Assembly (NCBI GenBank): GCA_032128875.1
Contig: JAVLKG010000002.1
Location: 352,001-416,000 of the forward strand
Direction: 5' to 3'
From: Candidatus Melainabacteria bacterium 17Bon1m
GTDB taxonomy: Bacteria; Cyanobacteriota; Vampirovibrionia; Obscuribacterales; Obscuribacteraceae
DNA: 64,000 nt
The notes under the pieces were generated by a model that was not told where the DNA came from, made no database searches, and was given only the letters and a program-made list of their open reading frames with translations. Numbering within the stretch: position 1 is the stretch's first letter; the number at the start of each line of letters is the position of its first letter. The position numbers were made by a program, and so were the translations under genes. Positions 60,637 to 64,000 of this stretch are shown one piece after another.

Positions 60637-61152
60637 TTACTTCTTGCGGCTTTTTCCTGAACCAGTGGCTACGAGCTGTTTTTCACGGTCTCTTTCCGTT
60701 GCCATCTCTCGGCGCCAGACAGCAAATGCACGTGGAATCAGATTGCCTTGATTGTCGTAGGCTGGTCCGATCAACGCTGTGTCAGGCATTCTGGACAGCC
60801 ATTCTCTTTCAAAACGACTTAGAACTGACGTGAATCCTACGTCCCCCAGAGCTTCCGCAATAGGAATGCAATTGCTTCTGCCCTCGCTGGTATTCAGGAG
60901 AAGAGCTATGCATGAGGCTCTGCGTGATCTTTCCGTGGGTTCTTGATAGGAAAGATCCATATTATATGAATTGCCAACCAGCAAGTAACTCTTGCCCGGC
61001 CATGCGTCGGTCTTCTTGTACGGTGTCACATCAATATGATTGAGCAATTGCGTATAACGCTCTCTCGCTCTGGCTTCTTCGCGTTCGTCATTTTCGTCTG
61101 CAATACGCGTCAACTTCACCAGAAGACGATTTGAATCTTCCTTCGATGGCAT
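60637..61152 (-). CDS. hypothetical protein
   Basis: 171-aa ORF with a GGAG SD and no recognisable motif. Confidence 0.6.
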   Translation of the reverse strand: MPSKEDSNRLLVKLTRIADENDEREEARARERYTQLLNHIDVTPYKKTDAWPGKSYLLVGNSYNMDLSYQEPTERSRRASCIALLLNTSEGRSNCIPIAEALGDVGFTSVLSRFEREWLSRMPDTALIGPAYDNQGNLIPRAFAVWRREMATERDREKQLVATGSGKSRKK

Positions 61153-61342
61153 AGAAGAGTTCTCCGAAATCTTTATTCAGTCACTCAATATTCATGCACC
61201 TTCAAGTGCGTGACTAAACTTCAAAAAAACAATTTGGAACGCAATTAAGATGAATTCTCAAACCCATGTAAATTCAAATATCTTGATGATATCTCTGTGG
61301 CATAATCACTAGGACTGATTTTGGAGATTGCTGGATCTAGCA

Positions 61343-62449
61343 ATGCGAATAGTAGTTGCACCGTGTGCATACAAAGGTACGTTCTCGCCGACGATGGTGG
61401 CGCGGGCGATGGCAGAGGGAGTCAGGCACGCGGTACCCGATGCCGTAATTGAAATGATTCCGATAGCTGACGGCGGCGATGGAACCATCGAAGCGCTCTA
61501 CGCGGGAGCGGGTGGAAAAGTCGAGGAGATGCCGGTCAAGGGAGCACTCGGCGAGCCGGCAACGGCTGTTTGGCTGTCGTTGCCGGACTTGGCTGTAATT
61601 GAATTAGCGAGCGCCTGCGGTATAGCAAAGCTGACAGGCAGAACCTTAAAGCCCCTGGAAGCAAACACTTACGGACTCGGGCAAATAATCAGAGCTGTAG
61701 TAGAACTGCATCGCTACAAAAGGATCGTTATCGCTGTTGGCGGCAGTGCCTCCACAGATGGTGGCGCAGGTGCGCTCACTGCATGTGGTGCTAGATTTTT
61801 TGACGCTCAAGGTAATGAGATCGCTCTAGGTGGCGGTAATTTAGGAAAGATTGCTCGTGCCGATGTTGCTCATCTGAAAGACTGGGTGCGGGATGTGCGC
61901 TTAGAAGTGGCGACCGATGTGCACAATCCTTTGACCGGTCCTGATGGCGCGGCGAGAATTTTTGCACCGCAAAAAGGAGCTATAGATTCGGATATTGAAT
62001 TGCTTGAAAGCAACTTGATTCACTTCGCCGAAGTGCTGGGAGCGGCCACGGGCAATGCTGATTCGAGAGCTCCTGGAACCGGGGCGGCAGGCGGCACAGC
62101 GTTTGGTTTAGCAACCGCTCTTGATGCAAAAATTGTCTCTGGCTTTGCGTTTGTGAAAGAGGTTTTGAACCTCGAGAGCAAACTAGAGAAAGCTGATTTG
62201 ATTATCACCGGTGAAGGCAAGCTAGATGGGCAGACTATTTCCGGTAAGGCGATCGGGGAGCTGCTCAAGCTATCAAAGTCGCTGCGACACCCTTTAGTTG
62301 CCGTGCCTGCTATCGTTGCAAGAGACACAGACGGACTAAACGGTTTTAAGGCGATCGTTGCGGCCTCGCATGACGACAAGCTTGCCTCCTTCGATGACAT
62401 CGCTCGTGCGACTGCTGAAGCTGTCCGTCAATGCAAACAACCCGGTTGA
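61343..62449 (+). CDS. glxK: glycerate kinase (GlxK/GarK family)
   Basis: MRIVVAP..YKG, PIADGGDGT, GGSASTDGG, FAPQKGA, GAAGG and ITGEGKLDGQT..GK motifs. Confidence 0.92.
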   Translation: MRIVVAPCAYKGTFSPTMVARAMAEGVRHAVPDAVIEMIPIADGGDGTIEALYAGAGGKVEEMPVKGALGEPATAVWLSLPDLAVIELASACGIAKLTGRTLKPLEANTYGLGQIIRAVVELHRYKRIVIAVGGSASTDGGAGALTACGARFFDAQGNEIALGGGNLGKIARADVAHLKDWVRDVRLEVATDVHNPLTGPDGAARIFAPQKGAIDSDIELLESNLIHFAEVLGAATGNADSRAPGTGAAGGTAFGLATALDAKIVSGFAFVKEVLNLESKLEKADLIITGEGKLDGQTISGKAIGELLKLSKSLRHPLVAVPAIVARDTDGLNGFKAIVAASHDDKLASFDDIARATAEAVRQCKQPG

Positions 62450-62467
62450 TTCTTTTTCAAGACTTGC

Positions 62468-64000
62468 TTACTTAGCCTTTCTGAACATATCAACGATGTC
62501 TGTCGGAACCATAGTCGACGACACTACAGCGTTCTTGTCTGCCGGTAAATTAGCGGCTGGCAATGGTTGATAGTTCGAAGGAGCCTGTGCTTGGTAGGCA
62601 GCCGGTTGAATTTGGCTTTGCAGATTTGCCTGAGGCATGCCTTGCGGTGCTCCGGCTTGTGGCTGAACCATCGGTTGTTCTTGCATTTGCGGCATCTCTT
62701 GAACGTGTTGAACATTTTGGACTGGTGCGGCTTGCGCTTCCATTCCGTTGCCGCCTGCCAGTGCTTGCTGTGCGTCACCGGTAGGCACTTGAGTTGCCGA
62801 TTGAAGTGTTTGTTGACCGGCTGCTTGCGCGGTCTGACTGCCAGCACCAGCTGCGCCTTGAGCCAAGGTGTCTGCGCCATCCATGCCTGGAATGGTCAGT
62901 TCCTGACCAGGCAAGATCAGTCTCGGATTGTCGCCGATAATTGAAGCATTTGCTTGATACAGCTCGTTCCATCTGCTGCCGTCGCCGAGCAAATCTTGTG
63001 AAATCTGCCAGAGGCTGTCGCCGGATTTCACTACATAGTTGCTTGCGCCGTGGGCTGCAACATCTTGTCCCGGCAGGTTGATAGTTGTGCCCGGACGGAT
63101 GAGATCAGGATTGCTGCCCAAGATGTCTTTATTTGCATTGAAGATGTCTTGCCATTTCATCGCATCACCGAGTTGATCCTTGGCGATGTTCCAGAGGCAG
63201 TCTCCAGCGCGAATGGTGTAAGTCGACGGTGCGGCGGGCGCTCCCACTGCTTGATCGCCTGTAAGACCGGTTGCATCTTGCGGCTGTGCTTGATTGACTG
63301 CATCTTGCGGAGCCTGTTGAGACATGCTTGATGAATCGGTTTGACTGATTTTGTTGTCAGCGATTTGCTGCGGTTTGAAATCTTGAACTGGCTTGGCCAC
63401 CGGTTTTGCAATTTGATGGCTGACAGCCGGCTTGTGATATTCGACGCCAGGAAGGCTGCGGTGCGAGATACCGTCGGCTCCGTGTCCGGCGTGTGCTCCA
63501 CCAGCTTTCAATTGGTGACCTTGGTGATCCATTACAGGTTTTGCAGACTGAGCCGCATGACCAGCGTTTGACGTGGCGTTTGCTGCAGGATGTGCTGATT
63601 TGGCGCTGTCCTTCAGCGAGTCGAAAGTCAGTTGCTTAGCTTTGAGTCCTTCCATTTTGATGGACGGTTTGGCCACGCTTTGCGGAGTATTCCATTGCGA
63701 AGCGGCATCGCTTGCCGACTGAACACCTTTGTCCATGCCGCCCAGAGTCGGTCGGAAACTTTCTGAGTTGTTGTTGTATGCAAGAAGATTGTTGTTGGAT
63801 GCAGTTGAATCCATAGAAGATTGGGCGGCATCCAGGGATGACGCATCTGTGCCGGTGCCCTGACCCATTCTGTAGCTGACATTATTGTCTGCGCTCGGCA
63901 TAGAAACATCGCGCATACTGCCCGATGCACTCAGTCCGTTTCCAGACGAACCCATTCCATATGATTGATTACCGACATTCAAGGAAGAAGGCAGATTGTT
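62468..64000 (-). CDS. low-complexity protein with two LysM domains, 5' truncated by window edge
   Basis: YTIRAGDCLWNIA...LIRPGTTINLP and YVVKSGDSLWQIS...LILPGQELTIP. The frame stays open to position 64000. Confidence 0.85.
   Translation of the reverse strand, partial: NNLPSSLNVGNQSYGMGSSGNGLSASGSMRDVSMPSADNNVSYRMGQGTGTDASSLDAAQSSMDSTASNNNLLAYNNNSESFRPTLGGMDKGVQSASDAASQWNTPQSVAKPSIKMEGLKAKQLTFDSLKDSAKSAHPAANATSNAGHAAQSAKPVMDHQGHQLKAGGAHAGHGADGISHRSLPGVEYHKPAVSHQIAKPVAKPVQDFKPQQIADNKISQTDSSSMSQQAPQDAVNQAQPQDATGLTGDQAVGAPAAPSTYTIRAGDCLWNIAKDQLGDAMKWQDIFNANKDILGSNPDLIRPGTTINLPGQDVAAHGASNYVVKSGDSLWQISQDLLGDGSRWNELYQANASIIGDNPRLILPGQELTIPGMDGADTLAQGAAGAGSQTAQAAGQQTLQSATQVPTGDAQQALAGGNGMEAQAAPVQNVQHVQEMPQMQEQPMVQPQAGAPQGMPQANLQSQIQPAAYQAQAPSNYQPLPAANLPADKNAVVSSTMVPTDIVDMFRKAK

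Overview
Gene-dense bacterial chromosomal segment with about 55 CDS. By eye I found no rRNA, tRNA, CRISPR array, integrase or transposase. Gene content suggests a non-photosynthetic cyanobacterial relative (Vampirovibrionia/Melainabacteria, probably Obscuribacterales); this is an inference from cyanobacterial-type YvcK, MBL-ferredoxin and ECF genes plus tandem kinase-LRR genes. The housekeeping backbone is ribD, pfkA, sucCD, def, cobU, fabF, cysE, rpe, ispG, miaB, sua5, nagZ, metK, argS, rpiB and glycerate kinase. Accessory loci include the end of an amidotransferase cluster, a Tad minor-pilin operon, a vapBC pair, a 1773-aa repeat protein, an ATPase-less OLD-type TOPRIM nuclease coupled to a membrane protein, and four translationally coupled Ser/Thr kinase-TM-LRR receptors. 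There is also an FHA-cyclase, an ECF sigma with a triple-zinc-finger anti-sigma, and a stand-alone WYL protein. The best candidates for something undescribed are (1) a structured metK 5' leader (three-way junction plus a pseudoknot to the ribosome-binding region) that I cannot match to a known SAM riboswitch class, (2) the LRR receptor-kinase array, and (3) the TOPRIM plus membrane protein pair.
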